Origin: a virus
Taxonomy: Duplodnaviria; Caudoviricetes
Length of the DNA: 36,024 nucleotides
Reading direction: 5' to 3' (one strand)
Virus record (IMG/VR): IMGVR_UViG_3300004255_000040
Span: 1 to 36,024 of that record
In this document: one piece after another, positions 8,415-15,969 of the stretch
Numbering within the stretch: the stretch's first letter is position 1
Layout: every line of letters begins with the position of its first letter
Translations under genes and position numbers: made by a program
The notes under the pieces: model-generated
The model's database searches: none
The model's input: the letters and a program-made list of their open reading frames with translations, nothing else
Told to the model about the DNA's origin: nothing

Positions 8415-9890
8415 TTACAGAATGAACTGGAGCGAACCAGCAAACACGTTGAACTGGTTGACGCAGTCCGCCGGGATGATGGCGTTGACACGGTTGCGGT
8501 CCACCATGCTGCGCACTACGCGGGCATCTTTCTGGAACAGCTTGAAGTTCTCCAGAATGCCAACCTTCTCCAGCTTGCGCCCCGTGGCCATCATCACGCT
8601 TCGGATCATGCGCGGCGTGGCTACCGGCTGGCCCTCCTCAAATTCGGTGCCGTCATCGGCCAGCTTGTGGCGCGGAAAGGCCAGCGCCTGGTCAACGCGG
8701 AACGAGAAGCGCATGAAGTCAGCCGACCACTTGGTGTTGAGCAACATGTAGCTCACATCGTCGATGCCCTGCGGGTTGGTCTGGTAGGTCGTGATGATCT
8801 GCTCGATCAGCACCGTGCCGTCCTGCGCCACCGTGAAGGTGCTGATGCCATCGCGCAGCAGCAGTTCGCGCTCGGGTTGGCTGAACAGGTCCGCCTCGGT
8901 GGGGGCCATCAGGCCTGGCACCTCCAGCGTCTTGAAAGGCCGGGCCGGGTCAATGGCGCCATTGAACTCCACCACCGATGCCATGCGTGCTGCCCAGTTG
9001 TAGGCGCCTTGCGGCGGCCGGCGCACACCCATGAACGTCTCATGCACGTTGTTGCGTGCTGAGCCGAAGGTGGTCAGCCCGCCATGCGTGCCTTCCTTGC
9101 CTGCGAACAGGTGGCCGGTGCGCATGTCCATGCCGCCGAAACGGCTCGACAGCTCCACCTTGAGCTTGTCGATGTTCGAGGTGTCTGTGTAGCAGGTGAC
9201 GATGGTGTAGTAGCGCTCATTGGCAATCGCCGCCAGTGCGTCTGCCACGTCCGGGTTGCCGGTGCCCACCACGCCGCTTGCCACCACCGCCGTCAGGCCG
9301 GCTGGCAGCACTTCGTCGCTGTAATACCCCACGCGGATGTCGATGTCGTTGCCGAACACACCCTTATGCCGGGCGGTAAAGGTCACCACACCCAGGGCTG
9401 CAACAGCCGTCACCGGGCCGTCCAGGAAGGCGTTTACGGCCGTGGCCACATTGGCCGCCACTGCGGTGGCCGTGTCGGCCAGGCTCACGCCCACGTTCAC
9501 CAGCTCGCCATTGATGCGCAGAGCCAGCGTGCCAGCGCCGGTGGCCGGGCCAGTAAGGGTGAGCGTTTGGGTGGCCTGAACGCCGGCAACCAGGTCATCC
9601 AGGGCAATGGCCCACATGTCCGATTCCTTGTTCACCTGGCGCGCGCCGCGCAGCATTTCATGCAGCACCGAGCCACGACCGAAGTAATTGGCGGCCTCGC
9701 CAGGCGCATTGATGCGCTTGAGCACGCCGGCAGCCACCGTGCCGGCCGCGAGCTTGTTGCCGATGAAGAGCATGCGCCGCGCCTGGGCCACCAGGTTGCC
9801 TCCCAGTGCCTTGCTGTTGTCGATCTCGATGAACTGGCCGCCCGTGCGGATGTCGATCGGGATCGTATTGAACGTGATGTTGTCCGGCAT
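8415..9890 (-). CDS. Tail sheath protein (Mu gpL)
   Basis: FIEIDNSKA, FGRGSVLHEM, DPARPFKTL, LLRDGISTF and FPRHKLADDG motifs. Confidence 0.95.
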   Translation of the reverse strand: MPDNITFNTIPIDIRTGGQFIEIDNSKALGGNLVAQARRMLFIGNKLAAGTVAAGVLKRINAPGEAANYFGRGSVLHEMLRGARQVNKESDMWAIALDDLVAGVQATQTLTLTGPATGAGTLALRINGELVNVGVSLADTATAVAANVATAVNAFLDGPVTAVAALGVVTFTARHKGVFGNDIDIRVGYYSDEVLPAGLTAVVASGVVGTGNPDVADALAAIANERYYTIVTCYTDTSNIDKLKVELSSRFGGMDMRTGHLFAGKEGTHGGLTTFGSARNNVHETFMGVRRPPQGAYNWAARMASVVEFNGAIDPARPFKTLEVPGLMAPTEADLFSQPERELLLRDGISTFTVAQDGTVLIEQIITTYQTNPQGIDDVSYMLLNTKWSADFMRFSFRVDQALAFPRHKLADDGTEFEEGQPVATPRMIRSVMMATGRKLEKVGILENFKLFQKDARVVRSMVDRNRVNAIIPADCVNQFNVFAGSLQFIL

Positions 9891-9926
9891 TTAAAACTCC
9901 AGTTGAAAGGCTTTGAACAAACCGGC

Positions 9927-10157
9927 TTACTTGCGAGAGGCCTTGGCGCCAGCCTCTGCGCCAGGCACGGCCGGGGCGGCCTCCACGGGCGGCTCGGCAA
10001 TGACCACGTCGCCATCGCTGATGCGGCGCAGCCAGTAGCTCTCGCGGTTGACCCACTCGCCGTCGGCAGCCAGGTGGCCGTTGACCGGCTTGCGCACCTT
10101 CAGGGCCGGCTGGCCGTCCGGTTGCGGGGTAGGTTTGATGAAAATACGTTCAGTCAT
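9927..10157 (-). CDS. DUF2635-like protein (Mu gp38)
   Basis: YWLRRISDGDV motif; directly upstream of the sheath. Confidence 0.85.
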   Translation of the reverse strand: MTERIFIKPTPQPDGQPALKVRKPVNGHLAADGEWVNRESYWLRRISDGDVVIAEPPVEAAPAVPGAEAGAKASRK

Positions 10158-10771
10158 GCGCTTGCTCCAGGTAGTTGAATGTCCAGCTGCAGATCCGGCC
10201 GGCTGGTCGTGTAGTTGGGCGGATCGGCCAGCCAGCTGTCGTACTCCACCGAGCCGGCGTCGGCCGGCACGTCCATGTCGGCATGAAAGTGGGTGTAGTC
10301 GTTCAGCTGCTGTAGCTGCGCCTCGCCGTAGTCGTGGTCGAGCTGGACCGGGCTGCTGGTGAGCTTGATCTCCACCGCCGCAATGCCGGCCTGCTCGAAG
10401 ATCTCTTCATCCACCATCTCGCCGGACGTCACGCTCCAGTGGCACAGGCCCAGGGTCTTGTTGTTCAAGGCGCGGATCGCCATCGTCAGCAGGTGATCGC
10501 ATCCCAGGTCAATGCCGTCCCCCTTGCGCGCCTGGGCGTTGCCCGCCACATTGCGTACCACACCGGCCACGGTGAACTCCAGCGTGGCCTCGTCATCTTT
10601 GACCGTGAATCGCCCAGGCACTACGTAAAAGGCCGGCACGTCTGCCACGTAACGCTGCAGCAGCTTGTCACCCATCAGCTTGGGCAGGCTGTCCACCGTG
10701 CGCACCTTGCCCTTCACATCGCGGTGGTCGGCCAGCGCGGCGATCAAGGCGTTTTCATGCAGGGCCAGCAT
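10154..10771 (-). CDS. Mu gp37-like tail completion/terminator protein
   Basis: Synteny; VVRNVAGNAQARKGDG motif. Confidence 0.7.
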   Translation of the reverse strand: MLALHENALIAALADHRDVKGKVRTVDSLPKLMGDKLLQRYVADVPAFYVVPGRFTVKDDEATLEFTVAGVVRNVAGNAQARKGDGIDLGCDHLLTMAIRALNNKTLGLCHWSVTSGEMVDEEIFEQAGIAAVEIKLTSSPVQLDHDYGEAQLQQLNDYTHFHADMDVPADAGSVEYDSWLADPPNYTTSRPDLQLDIQLPGASA

Positions 10772-11307
10772 CAGTTGCCACCCTTTCCGACGGAATAGCC
10801 CTGGGTGGGATTGCGCGCGGCGTTGTAAACCACTTCACCAGCCAGATTGATGATCTCGCGGCCGTCCTCTTCATTGACGCCCACAAACGGCCGCGCCGGA
10901 AGCGTGACCTTCTTGACCGTCACGAAGCCGCCACCAGGCAGGCGGAAGCGCAGCGCGGCGGCCGTTTTGGCCTTGATCACGGCGCCAAAATGGTTGGGGC
11001 CGGCGTAGACCACGTTGGTGCCCCAGCTCGTACCGTTGTTGTCTGAGCCGTGGGTGATGCTGCGCAGCAGCCGGGTTTTGTGCACCAGGGTCTGGCCACC
11101 CAGCTCACGCACCCGGATGCTGGGCACCCAGCGCTTGCGGTCGGGGCCGACCTGGTTCTTGAAGCGCAGCCGCGTGCTGCTCTCGCCATACTGGCCGATA
11201 GCCTCCCAGATCGGCCGTGGCCGCTGGCCCAGCGCGGCCATGCGGGCCAGTCCGTCTCCCAGCGCCTCCAAGCCGTTCACATGGGCTTCAATCATGACGC
11301 CGCTCAT
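10771..11307 (-). CDS. Phage virion morphogenesis protein (Mu gpG-like)
   Basis: RFKNQVGPD..W, GTNVVYA..HFG and LPARPFVG motifs; ATG at 11307 overlaps the gp36 stop (ATGA). Confidence 0.88.
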   Translation of the reverse strand: MSGVMIEAHVNGLEALGDGLARMAALGQRPRPIWEAIGQYGESSTRLRFKNQVGPDRKRWVPSIRVRELGGQTLVHKTRLLRSITHGSDNNGTSWGTNVVYAGPNHFGAVIKAKTAAALRFRLPGGGFVTVKKVTLPARPFVGVNEEDGREIINLAGEVVYNAARNPTQGYSVGKGGN

Positions 11308-11813
11308 AGGAAGGCCTTGCTGTCGTTGCCGCGCTTCCAGATCGAGCCGCCGCTCACCAGCTCGGCTGCTGCGCTGCTCACCGGCTGCACACCGCTGGCC
11401 GCATCCGCGCCAAGGCTGACGACGCCCCTGGCCACATCGGCCAACCACTTGATGTTGGCTGCGTGGCGCTCCTTCACCGTGTCGGTGACCTGATCGTCAT
11501 ACAGGTAGAAGCGTGCCAGCTCGCAGGCCACGCGCTGCAGCACCGCCGGCACCGGTGCCAGCGGCAGGGTGTAGCGGGCGCTGATGTAGCCGTTGATGGT
11601 GTCCTCGGCGTCCTGCAGGGCGCGCTGCAGCACCACCATTGCGCCTTGGGCACGCGCCACTTCCTCGACCGTGTAGCCCGCCAGGCTGGCGCCAGCCGCC
11701 ACATCGGTCAGCAGTTTGTCCTTTACCAGGCGCGGCACGCCGCGATCGACGCGCTGGGCAATCTCAGCAGCGTCGAAGCGGGTCAGCAGTTCGGTGGCGG
11801 TAGCGTAGGTCAT
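11304..11813 (-). CDS. Head-tail adaptor, Mu gp36 (DUF1320)
   Basis: MTYAT..LL.RF, INGYISARYTLPL, ACELARFYLYD and WLADVARG motifs. Confidence 0.9.
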   Translation of the reverse strand: MTYATATELLTRFDAAEIAQRVDRGVPRLVKDKLLTDVAAGASLAGYTVEEVARAQGAMVVLQRALQDAEDTINGYISARYTLPLAPVPAVLQRVACELARFYLYDDQVTDTVKERHAANIKWLADVARGVVSLGADAASGVQPVSSAAAELVSGGSIWKRGNDSKAFL

Positions 11814-11864
11814 GGTCTTTAAGCTTTAAGGGATGCACACTTGGGTGCGCATTCCTGAAACCTC

Positions 11865-11897
11865 AGAAAAGGCCCGGTGGCGTTACCCACCGGGTCT
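11865..11897 (-). terminator. Rho-independent terminator after the capsid genes
   Basis: Minus strand AGACCCGGTGG-GTAACG-CCACCGGGCC-TTTTCT. Confidence 0.7.
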
Positions 11898-11921
11898 CCT
11901 GCTCAGCTGCTTTGCAGTTGG

Positions 11922-12164
11922 CTATTTCTTCTTCGCCTCGGATGCCTTCTCTTCAGCGGGCGGATCGATGTCCACCTCCTGCGTGACGAGATTGGGGTCG
12001 GTGGTGATCGCCAAGACCTGGTCCTCGCTCAGTTCGCTCAGCGGAATGACCTTGGCTTCGCCCGTGAAGGTGTGGCCGCCCCGGCGAAAGCTCGCCGGAC
12101 GTGCGGTCACCTTCAGACCCCGGGTCTCGGGGCCTGCGGGCTTGGATTTGCTTGCTGCTGCCAT
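11922..12164 (-). CDS. Mu gp35-like small protein (HI1506-related)
   Basis: FRRGGHTF and DPNLVTQEVD motifs; AGGAG SD; follows the capsid gene. Confidence 0.8.
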   Translation of the reverse strand: MAAASKSKPAGPETRGLKVTARPASFRRGGHTFTGEAKVIPLSELSEDQVLAITTDPNLVTQEVDIDPPAEEKASEAKKK

Positions 12165-12204
12165 TTAGTTCTCTCCTGGAGTTAATCAATCAGCCGCCTG
12201 GTGC

Positions 12205-13266
12205 TTAGGGCAACCAGGGGCAGGTAACGACCACGGCGGTGTTGCGGTAGACGTTGTCGGCGCCGTTGGCCAGGCGCTCGGCCGTCACCACGTCCAGGGC
12301 GGCCTTCTCGTTGGACGGGCCAACGAGCAGCAGATTGGGCATGATGCCCAGCGGCTTGCCGGCGTCCGACTTGAAGCCCATCATGGCCGTGCGGGCGGCG
12401 CCGTAGCCGGTGGCGTCGAGCGTGGCCTTGCTGCAGTAGGCCTGCTGCCACAGGCCGAAGCCCACGTTCAGTCGGCCATCCACACCGAACACGTATTCGT
12501 TCTTGTCGAACACGTTGTTGTCGGTCAGGTTGGTCTTGGCCACGAAGTCGTATTCACGCCGCATCTGCAGGATGAAGGGCTTGACCATCTTGCTCATGTC
12601 CAGCAAGTACCAGGGGTTGTTGCCGCCGGCAGCCGTGTAGTTGCTGACGCTCACCTCCTGGCCAGACTGGCCGACCGGATGGTCGGTGTCGAAGAAGTAC
12701 TGGCCGTCGTAGCACAGCGTCGAGGTGCCGGCTGCAATGAGCGCGAAGAGCAGCTCGTCGGGATGCAGCGCCGCATCCTGGCCGAGCTGGCCCATCAGCG
12801 GCGTATAGACGCCGTACTGGTCATCATCGATCGCATCGCGCGGCACGGCCACAGTGTTCTCGAAGGTCTTGTTCTTGATGCTGTAGCCATGCAGCTTGAG
12901 GTTCTGGTAAACCCGTTCGCCCACCCACTCGCGCATCTTGGTGTTCGCTCCAAGCCAGCCATAAACCTCTTCGCCCGTGGTCGACGGCACCTTCATGGCG
13001 ATCTTGTCCCACATGGGCTTGGCCGAACCAAACGCCGCTTTGAAAGCCGCGTTGAAGCCCTGTTTGAGCATTGCCAGGTTGGCCGGTGTGATGACCAGGC
13101 CGCCGAACGCCAGGCCGGTGAGCCAGTCGCCGTGCATGGGCGCCTGCAGCGCCATCAGGGTCGTGCCGGCATGCGCCGGGTTGTGCCCGGCCAAGACCAG
13201 GAAGGCGCCGATCGCCAGCAGCACAACGGCTGCCAGGAGGCGGTGGGGCGAGAAAAAGTTTTTCAT
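12205..13266 (-). CDS. Major capsid protein (Mu gpT family) with a hydrophobic N-terminal extension
   Basis: YGWLG..MREWVGER, GYSIKNKTFENTVAV, CYDGQYFFDTDHPV and GFGLWQ motifs; GGAGAG SD before the ATG at 13266. Confidence 0.95.
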   Translation of the reverse strand: MKNFFSPHRLLAAVVLLAIGAFLVLAGHNPAHAGTTLMALQAPMHGDWLTGLAFGGLVITPANLAMLKQGFNAAFKAAFGSAKPMWDKIAMKVPSTTGEEVYGWLGANTKMREWVGERVYQNLKLHGYSIKNKTFENTVAVPRDAIDDDQYGVYTPLMGQLGQDAALHPDELLFALIAAGTSTLCYDGQYFFDTDHPVGQSGQEVSVSNYTAAGGNNPWYLLDMSKMVKPFILQMRREYDFVAKTNLTDNNVFDKNEYVFGVDGRLNVGFGLWQQAYCSKATLDATGYGAARTAMMGFKSDAGKPLGIMPNLLLVGPSNEKAALDVVTAERLANGADNVYRNTAVVVTCPWLP

Positions 13267-13295
13267 GAAGCTCTCCGAAGTTGATGGGAATGGGG

Positions 13296-13709
13296 TCAGA
13301 CGAACTCGATCCAGACGCCTGTGGCGTCCACGTCGCGTACCTTGCCGGCCACGCTGCGCGTGCCGGTACCGTCGGTCTTGGCAACCGTCTGGTTGTCCAC
13401 GATGTAGCAGCTGGAGCTGATCTCGGCGATGGTGATGGCATCGGCTGCCGCGCTGTTGGCAAAGCGGAACCAGCCGTCGCGGCGCACTTGCGCCTTCACA
13501 TCGCCGCTGGCGCCGCCCGTGTTGTCCACGGTTTCATTGAAAACGCCCACCGCCTTGAGCGTGGTGGCGGTGGCGCCGCCTTGGGCGTAGCCAGCGGCGG
13601 TGAGGGCCGCAATGGTGCCGGCCAGCACCTTGGTGGCAGCCAGCACAGGGTGGGCAGCCATGTCGCCGGCACGGCGCTGGGTGTCGCGTTCAGTTGTGAT
13701 TGCAGTCAT
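13296..13709 (-). CDS. Putative capsid decoration protein
   Basis: 137 aa, Ala/Thr/Gly-rich, between protease and capsid genes; CYIVDNQTVAKT and GVWIEF; GGAG SD. Confidence 0.65.
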   Translation of the reverse strand: MTAITTERDTQRRAGDMAAHPVLAATKVLAGTIAALTAAGYAQGGATATTLKAVGVFNETVDNTGGASGDVKAQVRRDGWFRFANSAAADAITIAEISSSCYIVDNQTVAKTDGTGTRSVAGKVRDVDATGVWIEFV

Positions 13710-13749
13710 GTTGACTCCAGGTAGTTGATGGTCTTTTCAGCCAGGTGCT

Positions 13750-14376
13750 TCAGGCAGCTTGCTCAGCGCCGGCACGGAACTGTTCGATGGTCAGCCCCAT
13801 GTTCCGGCACATGGCCAGTTCATCGGCGGTCGGCTCGGCCTTGGGATCGCGTTGGCTGACTTTCTTGCCGGCGGTCTGGCTCAAGCCGGCCAGCACCGGG
13901 TTGCCGGGCGTCTTGTCGATCAGGGCCTTGAGCTGGGCAATGTCTTTCTTGCCCACGGCGCGCCACACGTCCTCGACCACGGCCGAGCACTTGCCTTCGG
14001 CGCGGGCGCCGGCCAGCAGTTCTTCGACCTGGCGGTCCACGCCATCAGAGCGCAGCGCTGCCACTTCGGCGTGCAGCTCGTTGAACTTGGCCAGCGGAAC
14101 GAACTTGGTCGGATCGGGATCGCCACCCCCGCTGGCCTTGAGTGCAGCAATCTCGGTGGCGGCCTGCTCGGAACTCGCCTTCAGTGCGGCGGCGGCGGTA
14201 GCCGCTTCGGCGGCAGTGGCTGTTTCGGCCAGGCCCAGGGCCTTGGCCACGGTGGGCGGCACGCTTTCGGCGCCGGCCTTGAGCGCAGCCACGGCGCTGA
14301 CGGCCTGCTCAGCGGTGACAGCATCGGTTTGGGGGAGGCCGAGCGCCTTCAGCAGCGCCTTCAGAACTTCATTCAT
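13750..14376 (-). CDS. Internal in-frame scaffold protein (Mu gpZ equivalent)
   Basis: GGAG SD followed by in-frame ATG at 14376 (MNEVLKALLKALGL); Ala-rich with a DPTKFVP motif; Mu I/Z precedent. Confidence 0.75.
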   Translation of the reverse strand: MNEVLKALLKALGLPQTDAVTAEQAVSAVAALKAGAESVPPTVAKALGLAETATAAEAATAAAALKASSEQAATEIAALKASGGGDPDPTKFVPLAKFNELHAEVAALRSDGVDRQVEELLAGARAEGKCSAVVEDVWRAVGKKDIAQLKALIDKTPGNPVLAGLSQTAGKKVSQRDPKAEPTADELAMCRNMGLTIEQFRAGAEQAA

Positions 14377-14904
14377 GGATTGCTCCGGTTGGTGGTGGGT
14401 TGAGAAACTTGCGTTGAGCCGCGCCACGCTCTCCTGGGCGACGGGGTTCAGATCAAGGTTGGGGATGTTCACCAGGGAGGCGTTGAGCACGTCAACGACC
14501 TGGCCGGTGCTTTTGTCGTAGGCAATGACCGGGCTGATGTATTTGTATTCACCGGCCTCGATCATTTCTTTGGCCCTGGCTGTCCACTGCACATTCAGAG
14601 CGAACAGTCCCAGGCCGTCACGCCACTCGAAGGTGCTGGCCCAGCCGGACGCGGGGGCCGGCTGGCCGTTCTGCTCGGCCAGCATGGCCTGGTGCTCGTA
14701 GTCGAGGTTGAACTGCACACTGGCGTGTCGTGCATTCAACCTGGCGGCAAGGGCGCGACCTTGTGCGTCAGACAGCTTCCATGTGAGCCCCTTTCCAGGT
14801 CGGCCGTCTCGCCCGATGAATTCACCCGTCGGCAACAGGTGCACGTCAGCAGTTGCCTGCAACGTGAGTGCGAGGGTCAGGAGTGCGACAGCGGTTTTCT
14901 TCAT
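13750..14904 (-). CDS. Prohead protease gpI with C-terminal scaffold
   Basis: LLPTGEFIGRDGRP, DYEHQ, PASGW, WTARA..I..GEYKYISPV motifs. Confidence 0.92.
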   Translation of the reverse strand: MKKTAVALLTLALTLQATADVHLLPTGEFIGRDGRPGKGLTWKLSDAQGRALAARLNARHASVQFNLDYEHQAMLAEQNGQPAPASGWASTFEWRDGLGLFALNVQWTARAKEMIEAGEYKYISPVIAYDKSTGQVVDVLNASLVNIPNLDLNPVAQESVARLNASFSTHHQPEQSMNEVLKALLKALGLPQTDAVTAEQAVSAVAALKAGAESVPPTVAKALGLAETATAAEAATAAAALKASSEQAATEIAALKASGGGDPDPTKFVPLAKFNELHAEVAALRSDGVDRQVEELLAGARAEGKCSAVVEDVWRAVGKKDIAQLKALIDKTPGNPVLAGLSQTAGKKVSQRDPKAEPTADELAMCRNMGLTIEQFRAGAEQAA

Positions 14905-14913
14905 GAGGTGCCC

Positions 14914-14956
14914 ATCGTCGCGCGATGGCACCCCTAGCGGCTATTAAAGTGTTTTA
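14914..14956 (-). promoter_or_regulatory. Putative late promoter (Mu PI equivalent)
   Basis: Dyad TAAA-N4-TTTA at 14945-14956; -10-like GACGAT at 14919-14914. Confidence 0.6.
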
Positions 14957-15751
14957 GCTCGCATTGCCTGTTGTGCCGGCCTTGAAGGCGGCGGTCTTGT
15001 CCTGGAGCATCTTGTCCAGGTGGGCGCGGCGTCCACCGGGCGGGTAGTTGAATGCCGGGTCAACGCCCGCAGGCACCTGCATCACCTCGCCGGTGCGCTT
15101 GTTCACCATTTCGCGGTAGGTCTCAGGCGGCGCGGTGCCGACCTTCAAGCCCTCGCGGTCCAGCATGCGCTGCGTGTGCTGGATGACTGAACACTTGCAA
15201 CCCCATTCCTTGATCGGCAGATGAATTTGCCAGAACGGATCGTCCGCGCGCAGCACCAGGCCGGCATAGGCCAGGTGCGTGTGGCGCGGGTTCACCGACG
15301 CGCTGCGCACATACTCAAGAAACGGAAACAGCTCCTGGTTGCGTTCGATGCGCTCCCACTGGCCTTCGCTGTAGGCCGTGGCCATATTGGTGTCGAAGAT
15401 CACCTCCAGCCGGCGCGGGCTGCCCAGTTGCACCAGCTTGGTCTCGCCGTCGGCCGGGTCGGTCATCTCCTGTTTGCCCCACCAGCCGCGCTTGACCAGG
15501 CGCGGCATCAACTCTTCCTGGAAGGTAGCCAGGGTGGTGCCGTCGGCGATGGCCGCGTTCACAAAGCCCCGGATCTCGGCCAGCAGATCGAGCTGCATGG
15601 CCTTGGCCACGGTGAAGGCCGCCTGGTGCTCCTGTTGCCAGACGTCGCGGTAGTCGAAGCCGATGCGGTAGCCTTTTTGCCGGAAGAGGGCGATGGCCTC
15701 CTCCGGATTTACGGCACCCAGAATGGGCCTGAGATCGGTCTTTTTGGGCAT
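14954..15751 (-). CDS. Head morphogenesis protein (Mu gpF/SPP1 gp7 family)
   Basis: AFTVAKAMQLDLL, SPRRLEVIFDTN, WGCKCSV and GVDPAFNYPPG motifs. Confidence 0.92.
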   Translation of the reverse strand: MPKKTDLRPILGAVNPEEAIALFRQKGYRIGFDYRDVWQQEHQAAFTVAKAMQLDLLAEIRGFVNAAIADGTTLATFQEELMPRLVKRGWWGKQEMTDPADGETKLVQLGSPRRLEVIFDTNMATAYSEGQWERIERNQELFPFLEYVRSASVNPRHTHLAYAGLVLRADDPFWQIHLPIKEWGCKCSVIQHTQRMLDREGLKVGTAPPETYREMVNKRTGEVMQVPAGVDPAFNYPPGGRRAHLDKMLQDKTAAFKAGTTGNAS

Positions 15752-15967
15752 TTAGAGCGCTCGCCCGCCAAAATACGCATGAAAACGCGCCAGCCGACCC
15801 AAACCAAGGACGCGAATGCGCCCGTTTAGAACCCTTTTAGTCGGCGCGCAGAGAAAAAAAACAGGGCTATGGGGCTTCGTTGCAGAAAAACGCCCAAAAC
15901 GGCCATAAATGCGCCACAGCGCGAAACTCAATGCTGGCGCGGCTTTCCAGCCGGTTATTTGCCTCAT
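15752..15967 (-). other. Spacer with phased A-tracts (candidate gyrase site); spanned by a doubtful 71-aa ORF
   Basis: A-tracts alternating with GC blocks at about 10-bp spacing; the ORF exactly fills the portal-gpF gap. Confidence 0.4.
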
Positions 15968-15969
15968 TT

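Noticed and set aside
14848-14904. Protease I N-terminus (MKKTAVALLTLALTLQATA) looks like an OmpA-type signal peptide
   Set aside because: Mu gpI, as I recall it, has a similar short hydrophobic start directly before the LLP.G.F motif, so this is probably a family trait rather than an added export signal.
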